Source: the human T2T-CHM13v2.0 reference genome, Homo sapiens
Direction: 5' to 3' (one strand)
DNA: 64,000 nucleotides
Assembly: GCF_009914755.1 (NCBI RefSeq)
Contig: NC_060925.1
The position numbers were made by a program, and so were the translations under genes. This document shows, in pieces, positions 46,400 through 60,380 of the stretch (position 1 is its first letter; each line of letters begins with the position of its first letter). The notes under the pieces were generated by a model that worked only from the letters and a program-made list of their open reading frames with translations, did not search any database and was not told the origin of the DNA.

Positions 46400-46899
46400 A
46401 TCCATGGGTTTCATTGCATTTCAGTATGTCTTTCAAGCAGAGAAACTGAACACCGTTGTTTTGGACTATCTTTTGAAGAATATTTGTATAACCAATGACT
46501 TAAAAGATACAATAGTGTTTCCCTCTGTAACAAAGGGCAGGCTTGCTTAAAGATTGGAAAATATAGTGTCTCTCTCCAGAGCAAAGGACAAGCATGCTTA
46601 CTTTCCAGTATCATATATTTGGGCTTCCTAAGCTCAACGCGCCTCTCCTATAATGCAACCCAGTGTGTAGGAAGTTATCACTTGGTCCTGTTTGCATCAC
46701 CCTGTCAGAATTTGGGCTCAAGGAATTGATGGAATAAAATAATTATTTCTCATCTGTGGCTGTTTCTGTGAATCATAAACTATCCTTTGTCTCTGACCCA
46801 GGAACCTTGAGTTTTCTGCTAACATCCATGAACCTGTGACAGGCTAACATGTTAGCTTGCAAGTAGGGTAAAATCTCATATCCTTCATAGTTCTTAACA
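46400..46899. mobile_element. ERV-type LTR (family not determined)
   Basis: Repeated tagtgt(t/c)tc(c/t)ctc..caaagg.ca.gc.tgctta motif; end cttgcaagtagggtaaaatctca..ttcttaaca; left boundary uncertain. Confidence 0.6.
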
Positions 46900-47296
46900 G
46901 TCAAGACAGAGTAAGATAGATTAAAAAGCAGTACAACGTATGCCTGGCTTTCTGCCTTGAAGCATGTGCCTTGGCAGTACTAAGTCAATATGTTACACGT
47001 TCGGCTAGCTTAAAGTTGCTGGGTTGTAGAGATCCTATGGAGAGTATATTTGGGATACTTAGGGAACCCTGGCTCTTCCAATCACCAGCTGATGGAGTCT
47101 TCTCAGCCCATGAGGAAATGGGCTTTCAGTTCATTCTAAATACAAGCCTTTGAGCCACACTGCGAAGGGGAGCAGAGATGAGTCGTCCTCTTAACCCTGC
47201 CTCATTTGCAGATTAGTGGGCAAAATAAATGCTGTGGTTATTTTAAGCCACTACATTTTGGGGTGATTTATTATACAGTCCTAGATACCTGAAACA
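46900..47296 (+). mobile_element. MLT1 (MaLR) LTR 3' portion
   Basis: aataaatgctgtggttattttaagccactacattttggggtgattttattatacag...ctgaaaca. Confidence 0.75.
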
Positions 47297-48555
47297 CCAT
47301 GTATTTAATAGCATCCTCTGGATTTCTTGCTCTTCTTGGTAGAGCACTTTCTCCAAGAGTTTTTTAAAGAGATTCTTGTGAAGCCAACTTCTGAGATATT
47401 TTACACCTAAAATGCATTTATTTTTCTATCACATTTAAATTATAGCTTAGTTGGCAGTAAAATATCTTTTCCTTCAAATCAATATCTATTGTTTTCTTGT
47501 GTCCAAGTTGCTGTTGTAAAATTTGATATTGGTTTAATACCTGTTTCTTTAGAGGTGATCTGTTGTTTATCCCGATAACATTAAATGATTTTTTTTTTTG
47601 CATTTTAGTTTTAAAAGTATTTTATCATAGGATATATAAGTAAAGGATTTTTCTTATTTGTACTATTTTTGTACTTTATGAGCCTTTAATTCCAAGGTCT
47701 TACATCTTTCTCTAATTCTTGGAACTTCTTGGTCTTTTATTCCTCCAAAATTTTCTTTACTTTTATTTTTTATTGTGACTCCCATATGAATGTTTTTCTT
47801 CTGATTTTATCCTTCACATCTCTTACATTTTACATTTTCCACAACTTTATCTTTCTGGTGCCTTCACAGAGAGATTTTACTCTCATCTTCCAGCTCACTA
47901 ATTGTTCTTTAGCCATATCTATTCTTCTGTCATAGAATGTACTGGGTTCTTTATTTCAAATTTTATGTTTCCACTACATTATTTCTACTTGGTTATGCTA
48001 TGGAATTGCTTGTTCTCCCTTTACGTCACCAATATCTCCCTCATCTTTTTGATGGTTATAAATCTCAGGGTTTACTATGTTTGCATTCTGTATCTCAGTA
48101 GTCACTGCCACTCATTATCTGATTCCAAAGTCTTGAAAACCATTGTTCATTATATTTTGCCCAGTGTTAATCATTTTAAATCACTTTCTCTCTGGTTTAT
48201 TAGGCCAGATTTTCCAGGTATAGCTTTTCCAGTTTGTTTTTTAATGCTGGTATGGAAGTCAGATGTCTTATTAGTTTGCCTATGAGCTCATATTCACCTG
48301 CATGTATCAGTTAACTTTTAAGAAGGGGTTAAATTCCAGGCTGTAACTCTGAACTTTTTGGTAAGTTTAAGGAATAGGGGTAGGGTCAGGAAGTCAGCAC
48401 AAGAGGGGAATTGAGATGCTTCTATTACTTCTTTGCTATCCCTCTTTCCCCCAAAACAGTTTATCTTGTTCTCCAGCAAATGCTGTCCTGTCTTCCTCTA
48501 GGGGACTGTGCTCTCTAAAAGCTTTTTCTTTCGCTTAGTGAAATGTTAGATCTCT

Positions 48556-49520
<965 letters not shown>

Positions 49521-52500
49521 ACCTCAGCATATAAAAGGAGAGGAGAGGGAAGGGGAAGAAGGAACTCTTAGGGGGCTGCTGTTCTGCCTGCATCTGTTAT
49601 TACCTGCTTCTCCCCCAGCTGGGTTCTGGCACTAGCACACTGTTATCCTGTTGTTTCTGGCTAGCACTGCCTTGGCCTGGTTTTTCTGTCCTGCAGTGGT
49701 AACACGGCAAATAGGGAAAGCTCTTCTAATGCAATAAAGAGGAAAAGAAAATAACTGCAAATTTCTTCCTCTGCTTATTTCTCGGCCATATTATCCAGCT
49801 TTCTTCTACTCTTTATTGGTGCTTTCCCAATCTTACCCAACCCCAGTCATCTCCATTAGCTGCTACACAACTGCCTTTCAACTGGGGCCTCTAATTCTTA
49901 TGCTGATGTTTCGGCTCCATCTTCTTCCCCATCACATGTGCGGTGACATTAAAGTTGGTGGGAAAAAGCTAGCAGCCCACATACTTGCTGTCATGTCAGT
50001 TGTAATAACATTGTAAATGTAGATTTTGTATTTCATTGTAAGAAATTGTTAAAGTGATATAAAGAAAATAATGAAAGAAATGAATGACATTTTCGATTAT
50101 GTCGCTTAGCTTTTCTGGAGATTTGTTTGGCACAGTTCTTTTCTGACAAATCTGCCTGAGGGGTAAGGGTCAAGCAAGATTATACTTTGAAACACAGGAT
50201 TCTGAAGAATTGTGTATTTTTGGCCCATATACCAGAATCGGAATGCATTTAAGGAAACCTGGTTGTCTCAATTGTTCCTAAAAGTGACAAGGGAAGGCTA
50301 TAGCATGACTAACAGCTGCTCTTATTATTTTGGAATGTAATTTGTCTGCCCAATTCTTCCCTTTGACTCTATAAATTGCAGCAATATTTCCTTAGAAACT
50401 CAAAGGAAAAAACATCCTTCTTGTAATGCTGACTTGTGGCTGGTTAGAACAACTGGCAGCATCCAGCCTGGCCAACACTTTTCTGTGTGTCTCGGAGATA
50501 AATTTTCCAGGGCCCTGCGATACTAAGACACAGGAAATCCAGGCAAATGATATAGACTAAATTTTATTCTTATTTTGACATCACAACAGAACTTAAACTC
50601 CTACAAATAACTGCAAAGAAATTCAATCACTAATTCAGTATACAAGAAATAATGATGTCTTAAAATTATTTATTTTTTCAGCACCTGACAATTCAATATG
50701 TGGATCCTTCTTGGAAGTAACAGAGCATGCTGGCCAAAGAGTTACTGCAAAAATGCTCCTAAATCAAGTAAACAAGGAAAAGAACAGGAGCTGATAATGC
50801 TGTTGTTTGTTAATGCTCTTATTGTAAACTACTTTTTGGAAGATAAACCTTTTGTGGGAAGGCCAGGTACTAGGCTCCTTCATTGCCTTAGATGATCCAA
50901 GAGACTGAGTAATCAAGATGGAGCAAAGAGCAAGAAGAGTGTCTGCAACACTTTTAACTTCACAAAGAAGTTACCAGGCAGAAGGGGACAATTGCAGTGA
51001 CTGATTTTCCTGACAAAATGACAGTGTCTTGACAATGGCTATGAAGTCTTGATGACCCTTAACATCTCATAGAACAAAGAAGTCAGTAGAGCAAGGTGAA
51101 AATGTTAAAGGAGGAATACAAGAAACACAAAAGAAAGATGACAGGGTGACAAGTTAAACATAATCCACGGAATAAGAAACGTCAGAAGCCTCCTCCGCAG
51201 TACACCTACAAACACCTGCCCTTTTGTTAATAGATAAAAGAGAGCCTCTCACTGTAACTCCTTAACTTCCTTGGTGGAGGGAAATCAGATGGCTAGAAAG
51301 TGTGGTGGTGCCTGGTGTGAAAGACTTAACTGGGCAACACATCCAGCAAGCTGTATTTAACCTTCATCAGTCTTTTATTTGTACCCCCTAAATCCTGGTT
51401 ATTGAAGTCTTCCAACTCCACCTCATCTCTCCTTTTATTGTCCCACTCATAAAATCTCATAGGAGTAAATAGATTAGACATATTTACTGATTAGGGCAGA
51501 CATATTCCTCATATGTACTGAGGAAGAGTGATAGGGGGATCACCTTGGCCTGAAACCCTCTATCAGGAGCCAATTTTCAAGAAGATAAGAAAATAATCAG
51601 CCACTTGTGATCTTCTTTCCTTAATTATATGAGATCCTATCCAAATTTTCAATCCACTGTCACTGACCTCTGAGGACCTTTGATGCCTTTGACCTGGCTC
51701 TAGTGGAGTACCTTCCATTCTTCCAAATAGTCCCCCCATTTGCCTTGGCCTTAAATTCCACCATGAAGGGGGAGTCTTTTATTTTAAGCATTTCTTTTTA
51801 TCTAATAATAAAAGATAGAGGAAATAAGATAGTGGGATTCGAAATAACGTAACACAAATTAATTATTCATATCAGTTTCTCTACTAGAGGAAATGCAATA
51901 GTTGATTAAGGATCAGAGGAAGGAAAATCCTTCAATGAAACATTGAAAGAAAGCTGAAGAATTTGTAGTGAGAGAAAACAATTATCTTAACAAACATTTT
52001 TATATTATAATTCTTTTTCCCTTCTGGACATCAGATGCAGATAATTGAGTTCGTGATTCAATTCGTGGGTCATTATCATCACTGGCCGCAGCAAGGCTTT
52101 ATTTGTAAAAATTTTTTTCCATTTTATTTCCGTTCCTCATTCCCATTCCACCTCCCCACAGGTAGCTCTTCTAATATATTAAATGTGTACCTTTCTGTTT
52201 GCATGTGTTCTTGCAAAATGCATATTTTTGTGTACATCAAATTTACATAAATAATATCACATCATAAAATTCAATCCATTTTAGATTTTATTTTCCTTGG
52301 ACCATATTTTAAGAGCCATGCATGTTGCTGTGTGTACATATAATCCCTTGCCTCTAACCACTACACAATGTGCACATTTTCCCTACATACTCTCCCAGTG
52401 ATGTTGACCAATATTACCTCCAGTTACCGCACCCCAAATGATGCTGAAACCAATATACATGTACATGACCCTTATGGAACTGTGTGAGAATTACTTTGAA

Positions 52501-55314
52501 CTCTATGTGCAAGAGCAAAATTGCTGTTAATAAAGTTAAAATACACTTAAACTATTCTAGTTTTTGTTCCACTTTTTCTTACAGATGAAATATATGTGAG
52601 GCTGTCATTATTATTATTATCATCACATTTTGTAAGTGAATAAACGGAAGGGTCACACATTAAGTGAGATACTACAGTCACTCAGTGAATACAGAGTAGA
52701 CCCTAGGTATATACTTTACTTTTCTGACTACAGCATTCTTCACTGTTTATACCACATCACATTGTCTCCACAAACTTGTCTTACCCTGAAATTGAGAAAT
52801 GTTGAGATTAGATTAATTGCATTGTTTTCCTGGGGGCTAACATTCGCCTTTGGGAATATGGTATAAGTAGCTACTCACAGAGCTAAGCTAATGATGTGGG
52901 AGATACAAGTTCCCTGTTGGCTGACAGCAACTCTGGTGGCCTCATTTAACTGTTTTCTGGTGAACCAGAAATAGTACCTCTGCATTGAAATCAAGGGCAA
53001 GCAAATGCCTGCAACCTATTAGCACAGGACATACAGGTATATTTCCAAGATGACTGGTTCCTGCAGGTCCATTAAAGCAAGGGCAATACAGCTTTTTAAT
53101 TCATATCTCTTGTATGTCTGACATATGGAGGCCTGAAAAAATGACTATGGGCTTCTGAAAGGGGAGAGTAGGTTTCAATCTGCTGGGAAAAGAAAATGAG
53201 GTAAAGACACCTTATAATGATTCCTCAAAAATATTCGATAAACATTCAATGATAACCAATATGAGAACTAAAACAATCATATTTTGTAGTTCACATAATC
53301 ATCATATAAGCTTTGTTTTGTTTGTTTTTAATATTATTCCAGATAAAGCCCCTACATTCTTCTGATACTGTCACATAGCAGCCTCAGGGCCACATTGTGA
53401 TATCTCTCTTATCAACACAAGGTTCTCAGTCCTTGAGAAAACCTGATACAGTCATTCCAGACATTCTCATACAGACATTTCTGTCTTTTACAAGGGCCTT
53501 GAACTTTGATGCTGAATCAAAGAATCTGCTTACAAGGGAGAATGCATCCTGTTAATCAGGATGGAAACTAGTTTCGTAAAGAGCAATGATTGATCTTAAC
53601 TTAGGAAAAGGGAAAGAAAACTCTTCTTAAAGTATGTGTGTTTGGGAAGTGGGAGATTTTCATACTGTAAGCTTTTACCTAAAAGATACTGATCCCCTCC
53701 CCCAGTGAATTTTGTTACAACTGCCCTCCACCTCATCCTGTGACTTTTAGGACAATCAGCCTTACAGACAATGGCAATGTCACCAGCTACTTGAGCAAAT
53801 GTCTTTACAGACTTTGTAAAACAAGTATTAGGAAACTGACTTAACTGAGGGGACAGATTAGGATTTTAGAAAAAAAAATTCTTGTAGGTTCCCTCAATTG
53901 CCATGATATTTTTATTTTTCAAAAAGTAGGAGAGTATATTAGTTTACTGGAAAAACAGTGAGCTAATTGTAGGCCAGAGGCCTGGGCTCAAGCTGCCCTC
54001 TCTGCTGCAAATAACCATACATATTTGGGAACATGATAACTACTCTGGGCTTTAGATGGATAGACAAAGGCCAAGATATTGCCCAGTTCAAAAACTATTA
54101 GCCTATTAAACCTAGAGGAAATAAACAAACTACAATGAGACCCTACAATATGACGCCCCTGATTGCCCTCATTTTCTAATTCTCTGGATCAAGAACATTT
54201 CCAAAAGGCAGCACACTATTATTAACAAAAAGTTATTGATGATAGTACTCACACCTGATTACCACTCTGTGGTTGGAATTACAAGACAGTGATTTTTCAG
54301 ATCCCTTCCTACACAAACATCTCATTTACAGCCTTGGACTTTTACCCAGCAGACCTCATGATAGTCTTTCCGGATTCACTGCTTGGAAGATGAGTTACAT
54401 GGTGCAATTATTTCTCAGTTTTTGTCCAGTGTGCTAATCTGAAAACAAGGTGCAGTGGTTATTATTTGAAAACACTTGAGAGCAACAATGAGAAGAAAAC
54501 AAAATGACTAGACTCCGTCATTTCTCCTGCAGAATCTCAAGAGACATGGAAAATGTCAGGCTGTGTGGTACCTGCTGGCTTGTGAAGATCATTGTCATCT
54601 CAAACAAAGATGACCTCAGCCCTGGGATGGAGAAGACAATAGAACCCCCTGAATGGTAGATGCCTGAATCCATCAAATGGGGAAATCTTTTAAGTTAAAC
54701 TGTTTACTTACATGTTAACATCCAGCACTTCTCCTTATTTATTTTTTTCCTTTCGGATTTTAAAAAGCCTGCCTGGGGAAATTTTAGAAAATATTTGGAA
54801 TGTCCATAAGTACAACGCAATATTTGTGTTACAATTTCCTTTTTGAGCATTTTAATCACTTAGTATTTATCCTATTTATCCTGGCTCAAAGGCTTCAAAA
54901 ACAGGATATTTTCCTTAAGTCCCATTTTAACTGTAAAGTGGCAAATTGCAAGCAAGCTTTTAGAATTTTTTATATGGAAGTCTTGGAATTTCCACAGCTT
55001 ATGTTCTGAGCCAACAAAAATATACAGAGATAGAAAGCAGGGAATTTTTGAATCTAGTTGGCTTACTTCACAACATTACTTTTTTTGCAGATATATTTGC
55101 TTAACAGGGCAATGAATTTTAAGTATGATTTGGGAATGGAAAGTTGGTTTTTATAAATTCAGAGGAAAAAATGGTAAAAATAGTTTGCATTGATGATACC
55201 ATATCAAAGGAAATGACGATGCCTAAGTTAAGTACAAAGCTTTCCTGGACAACCACCAGTACAGGAAGACTCAAAAAGGTCTGGGGTTGAGCTGAGTTGA
55301 GACTGTTTTGAAAG

Positions 55315-55560
55315 TAGTCAGTGTGCTAGAATGGAAAGAGCACTCAATGTAGAATCAGGAAACTTAACCTCTAGTCCTAGTTTTCTTATTACCTAGCTGT
55401 GTGGCTTCGAGTAGGTCAATTAACCTTTCTGACCCTCAGTTTCCTCATCCTTTTAATGACAATTAAAAAAAATACTCACCTGGCATATTTCCTAGGATTG
55501 TTAAAAGGCTCACATACGATAAACTATATTAAATAATTTTTAAAGTTATGAAGCACATTA
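55315..55560 (+). mobile_element. MIR SINE
   Basis: ttacctagctgtgtggcttcgagtaggtcaattaacctttctgaccctcagtttcctcatc. Confidence 0.75.
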
Positions 55561-56569
55561 CTGATGTGAGATATCTTTATAACATCTTTCTATAATTCAG
55601 TTAATCTTTGAACACCCAATGTTTAAATTGGATATAATGGCAAGATTAACTGGGACATTTTTCTTTGTCAGGACATGGTGGTGTTTATATCATAACAATT
55701 TATTTATACTCTAATAAGTCTATCTTACTAGCTTTTTGGAGTAGGTTCTGCTATAGGATGTAAGAGGAGCTTACTGAGTTCCTGTTATTTCTGTTAAGAC
55801 TACCCTCCTGTCTTCTGCTCTTCTTCCAAAGCTCAGTGAGCTCCTGGAAAGATCACCCCTCCACTGCTGGTCTTACCACTGCAAATTGCCTGTGAATTTG
55901 CCTATGAAGCCATACCCAGAAGATGGTGATCTGCTCTCAGATCATTCTCTAACAGATGATCAGGACTAATCCCATCTTTCTTCACATCTCTCTCAATAAG
56001 TCCAAACTTCTGGATTCATTATCAATATATCTCCATACGTTCCTTATTCTGAGCCAATTCTGGGTCTCTCAAGACTTTCATTGTGCCCTCTAGAATCGTC
56101 TGCAAAATCCCTGATATTGTCTACCTTCATTAAGCCTTTATCTTTTTATCCTAATGGAAGACTGGGTTGGTAAATAACACTATATCTGAGACTCGTCAGA
56201 TGGTGACCCTACATGCCACAGAGCCTGGAAGTCAGATTAGGAATCCTTCTTCTTGTGGCCACTTCCAAAACATTTTCCCGCTCCACTGCTGTCCAAATCT
56301 TATCTCCGTTAGCCTCCTGGTATCTTCTGGTGACACTACATCATTCTTTAATGACTATTTATTTCGCACCATCCATATTGTTTATTGTAGGCTACTAACT
56401 ACGTCCTGCCTCTTTCTTTTAATAGACTGAGGAGGGGGAGGTTCTGAAAGAGGCTTGTCGTCTTCTTGTTCAACCATTTTGTACTTCCACCTGGGGTTTG
56501 TTTCCCTCTCCTTTCCAATTTACCCTCCCTCTGCTAGTTCCTTTGCTCCCAATGTTTCTCTGTTCAGTT

Positions 56570-56682
56570 TCACTAGAATGTGAACTCCATGAAAGCTGGA
56601 ATATTGTTTGCTTTGTCATCATTGTATTCCTGAGCACCTAGCAGTGGTTGGCACACAGGAGGTACTAAAAAAATATTCATTT
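56570..56682 (+). mobile_element. L2 3' end
   Basis: ctagaatgtgaactccatga..gcacctagcagtggttggcacacaggagg. Confidence 0.75.
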
Positions 56683-57163
56683 TGTCACCAACCTTAACAT
56701 AGAGGGAAATAGACATGTCCATGTCTAGGGACTCAGATAGAAACACTGGAACATACAAAGTAAATTCAAGAGGCTAGATCCTGCAGCCAACAGCAGAAAG
56801 TCTGTCTAAAGCATAAAAAAGCAAATAGCAATGACCTGAAGACATGAAATAAGATTTCCATGAAGCTCCTACTAAGAACAGGTGCTTTGTTAGAACACCT
56901 GTGTTCGTTTTCTTGTAGTTATAATACCTGGCTTCACAGATATTTGGCCAATTTGTCTATGGTTCTTCAATTACTCATTATTAGCTCAGAAATAATACTG
57001 ATTCAAGGGAAGGACTTTAGTGACCATCTAGCCTGCCTTCTTCTGCTTTGCAGGTGAGAAAACTTAAACCCTAAAAGTAAAGAGTTTTACCTCAGATTAC
57101 CCTTTTATTTACAGAATAGAGATAAGAACCTAGGTTCCTTTACTTCTGACTACTTCTGTTTTC

Positions 57164-57477
57164 TTTTTCTTTTCATTTTTTTTGAGACAGAGCCTTACTC
57201 TGTCACTCAGGCTGGAGTGTAGTGACATGATTTCAGCTCACTGCAACCTCCGCTTCTTGGGTTCAAGTGATTCTCATGACTCAGCCACCTGAGTAGCTGG
57301 TACTACAGGTGCACACCACCATGCCCAGCTAATTTTGTGTGTGTGTGTGTGTGTGTCTGTGTGTATACAAGAGACAGGGTTTCACCAGGCTGGTGTTGAA
57401 TTCCTGACCTCAAGTGATCTGCCTGCTTCAGCCTCCCAAAGTACTAGGATTACAGTCATGAGCCACCATGTCTGGCC
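57164..57477 (-). mobile_element. Alu (S/J) with a (TG)n tract in the central linker
   Basis: Both arms; TSD TACTTCTG(T/C)TTTC at 57151-57163 and 57478-57490. Confidence 0.93.
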
Positions 57478-58105
57478 TACTTCTGCTTTCTTAATGGTAC
57501 CCTGCAAGTGTCAAAATGTCTTAAACAGTTTAACAGTACAATGCTGACCTACAATTCTTGAAAGGCTTCTAGGTTCCAAAAGGAAATCTTATGTGTTGCT
57601 TATGAAAATTGTAATTTTAATTTAACATATAACTAAAAAATCATCATGTTTATGTTATAGTCAAATGGGAAAAGTATTTATTTTACTTGTTTGACATACC
57701 AAACTCTGAGCTTTGTACATTATGAGATAATTCCCAAATTACGAGTCATTTATAAATAAATATAATACATTTGTTTAGAGTAATTTTCTATCATGTTCTT
57801 TGCTCCTTTTCTTCCTCATGTATTTACTTGTTCCCTATCTACCAAAAGCTCATGAAATGTCCAAGTCTTCTCTCAAAAATGTAAACAGATGTTTTGCAAT
57901 CATTTTAGAATGGGAGGGGCCTGAATACTTTTTAACCTCCTCAGCTCTTTTGTGTTGCAAATGAGTTATAGAGTTGAATCCATGTGGGGCCAGAAAGTAT
58001 GGTGGGATGGGCATATAGGGCTGTTTTCCAAGGATATTGCACTTGGACTGAATGAAGGCATCCATAAGAACATGAAGAGGAGGAATGTTTTGGTACTCAG
58101 GGCTC

Positions 58106-58476
58106 TGTATTAGTCCATTTTCACACCGCTATGAAGAAATACCTGAAACTGGGTAATTTATAAAGAAAAGAGGTTTAATTGACTCAGTTTTACAAGGCTG
58201 GGGAGGCCTCAGGAAATTTACAATCATGGCAGAAGGGGAAGCAAACACATGCTTCTTTGCATGGTGGCAGGAAGGAGAAGTGCAGAGTGAAGGGGGTAAA
58301 AGTTCCTTATAAAACCGTCAGATCTTGTAAAAACAGTGTCATGAGAACAGCATGGGAGGACCACCCCCATGATCTAATCACCTCTCACAAGGTCCCTCCC
58401 CCAACATGTGGGGATTACAATTACGATTACAATTTAAGATGAGATTTGAGTGGGGACACAAAGCCAGACCATATCA
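58106..58476 (-). mobile_element. THE1/MST (MaLR) solo LTR
   Basis: TGTATTAGTCC...CCATATCA termini; 5-bp TSD GGCTC. Confidence 0.93.
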
Positions 58477-58889
58477 GGCTCCATTAATGTTCCTTCTAAG
58501 CACCAGCGAGTGGCACAGGGAATTCCCTTTTTGGAGTTACAGTCTTAGGCCCCTAGAGTGAATTTGGACAAGGTGTTTCCATATTGTCTACTCATCCCTT
58601 TCCTTCTTGGACTCCTAAAGCAGATTCTGAACGCTCATCATAAAATGTCCCGGTATTTAATATTCAAAAATCGCCCTGAAAGTTGTGATAAGAAGCTTAT
58701 AGTCATCAAGTTGAGGAGAAGTGGATGCAGTCTCCTGGGTCATTGTCATATTCAAAGTGTCAGATTGGAATGAGACCTTATGGGCATCTGGGTTCTCTAA
58801 GTGACAGCATTAATACTTGAAGGGAAGGTGCATCTCTCCCACAAACACTGAGGTGATTTGGCATAGTGCACCAAGTAGAGAAGTGAGAA

Positions 58890-59065
58890 TGAGATGAGCT
58901 GGGGTAAAGATCCAATTCTTGCCACTAGCTGCGTGAGCTTGCTCAAGTAACCAAATTTCTTTGGGCCTCTGTTTCCTGATCAACACTGTGAAGATAAGAG
59001 CATCCACATTACCTCTCGCATAGGGTTGCTGTGAGGCTCACAGGCCATAATCCTGAGGCACTTTG
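58890..59065 (+). mobile_element. MIR SINE whose 3' tail is split by LTR12, MER30 and Alu
   Basis: gccactagctgcgtgagcttg..ttgggcctctgtttcctgatc..tagggttgctgtgagg. Confidence 0.7.
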
Positions 59066-59864
59066 TAAGAGGTGAAGAGGCTGGGCTTCTGGGTTGGGTG
59101 GGGACTTGGAGAACTTTTCTGTCTAGCTAAAGGATTGTAAACACACCAATCAGTGCTCTGTGTCTAGCTAAAGGTTTGTAAACACACCAATCAGCACTCT
59201 GTAAAAACGTACCAATCAGCACTCTGTCTAGCTAAAGGTTTGTAAAAGCACCAATCAGCACTCTGTAAAAACGGACCAATCAGCACTCTGTAAAATGGAT
59301 CAATCAGCAGAATGTCGGCAGGGCCAAATAAGGTAATAAAAGCTGACCACCAGAGCCAGCAGCAGCAACCTGCTTGGGTCTGCTTCCACCTGTGGAAGCT
59401 TTGTTGTTTCACTCTTTGCAATAAATCTTGCTACTCACTCTTTGGGTCTGCACTACCTTTAACACTCACTGCGAAGGTCTGCAGCTTCACTCCTGAAGCC
59501 AGAATGACCACGAACCCACGAGGAGGAACACACAACTCCGGACGCGCCACCTTTAAGAGCTGTTAACACTCACTGCAAAGGTCTGTGGCTTCACCCCTGA
59601 AGTCAGCGAGATGACGTCAGCGAGACCACAAACCCACTGCGAGGAATGAACAACTCTGGACGCACCACCTTTGAGAGCTGTAACACTCACTGCGAAGGTC
59701 TGCAGCTTCACTTCTGAAGTCAGCAAGACCACGAACCCACCAGAAAAAAGAAACTCCAGACACACCATCTTTAAGAACTGTAACACTCACCACGAGGGTC
59801 TGTGGCTTCATTCTTGAAGTCAGTGAGACCAAGAACCCACCAGAAGGAACCACTTCCGGACACA
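59066..59864 (+). mobile_element. LTR12 (ERV9) solo LTR, LTR12F-like
   Basis: gagaacttttctgtctagctaaagg, repeated accaatcagcactctg units, AATAAA, repeated taacactcactgcgaaggtc units, end ccggacaca; 4-bp TSD TTTG. Confidence 0.95.
59144..59345 (+). promoter_or_regulatory. LTR12 U3 CCAAT (NF-Y) repeat array and TATA-like element
   Basis: Five ACCAATCAG copies plus a variant, followed by AATAAAAG; LTR12 promoter activity is established for the family but not shown for this copy. Confidence 0.6.
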
Positions 59865-59883
59865 TTTGGACAACTCTTTAGAT

Positions 59884-60086
59884 CAAGGGTGTCCAATCTT
59901 TTGGCTTCCCTGGGCCACATTGGAAGAAGAAGAATTGTCTTGAGCCACACATAAAAGACACTAACACTAATGATAGCTGATGAGCTTAAAAAATTGCCAA
60001 AACATGTCAAAATGTTTTAAGAAAGTTTACAAATTTATGTTGGGCCACATTCCAAGCTGTTCTGGGCCACAGATTGGACAAGCTTG
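59884..60086. mobile_element. MER30 (hAT-Charlie MITE)
   Basis: TIRs caagggtgtccaatc / gattggacaagcttg; perfect 8-bp TSD CTTTAGAT at 59876 and 60087. Confidence 0.93.
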
Positions 60087-60114
60087 CTTTAGATAAAGAG
60101 TTACACAAATGTGA

Positions 60115-60380
60115 GGCTGGGCACAGTGTCTCATGCCTGTAATCCCAGTGCTTTGAGAGGCTGATGTGGGAGGATCTCTTGGGGTGGGAGTTTGAGACCA
60201 GTCTGGGTAACATGGTAAGACTCTGTCTTTACACGCATATATAAAAATTAGCTGGGCATGGTGGCCTGCGCCTGTAGTCCTAAAGCTGCAGTGAGTCATG
60301 ATCGTGCCACCACATTCCAGCCTGGGTGAAAGGGCAAGACTTTGTCTCAAAACAAAAGGCAAGCAAACAAAAAACAACAG
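60115..60380 (+). mobile_element. AluJ-like with an internal deletion in the right arm
   Basis: tgtagtcct joined to aagctgcagtgag; TSD AGAGTT(A/T)CACAAATGTGA at 60097-60114 and 60381-60398. Confidence 0.9.

Noticed and set aside
54347-54438. Minus-strand exon-like segment (ccttgttttcAG...TGG|GTAAAA)
   Set aside because: Stops in all three frames and a weak donor; unsupported without RNA data
59120-59864. Regularly spaced repeats resembling a CRISPR array
   Set aside because: Intrinsic LTR12 U3/U5 tandem units with no unique spacers, in eukaryotic DNA
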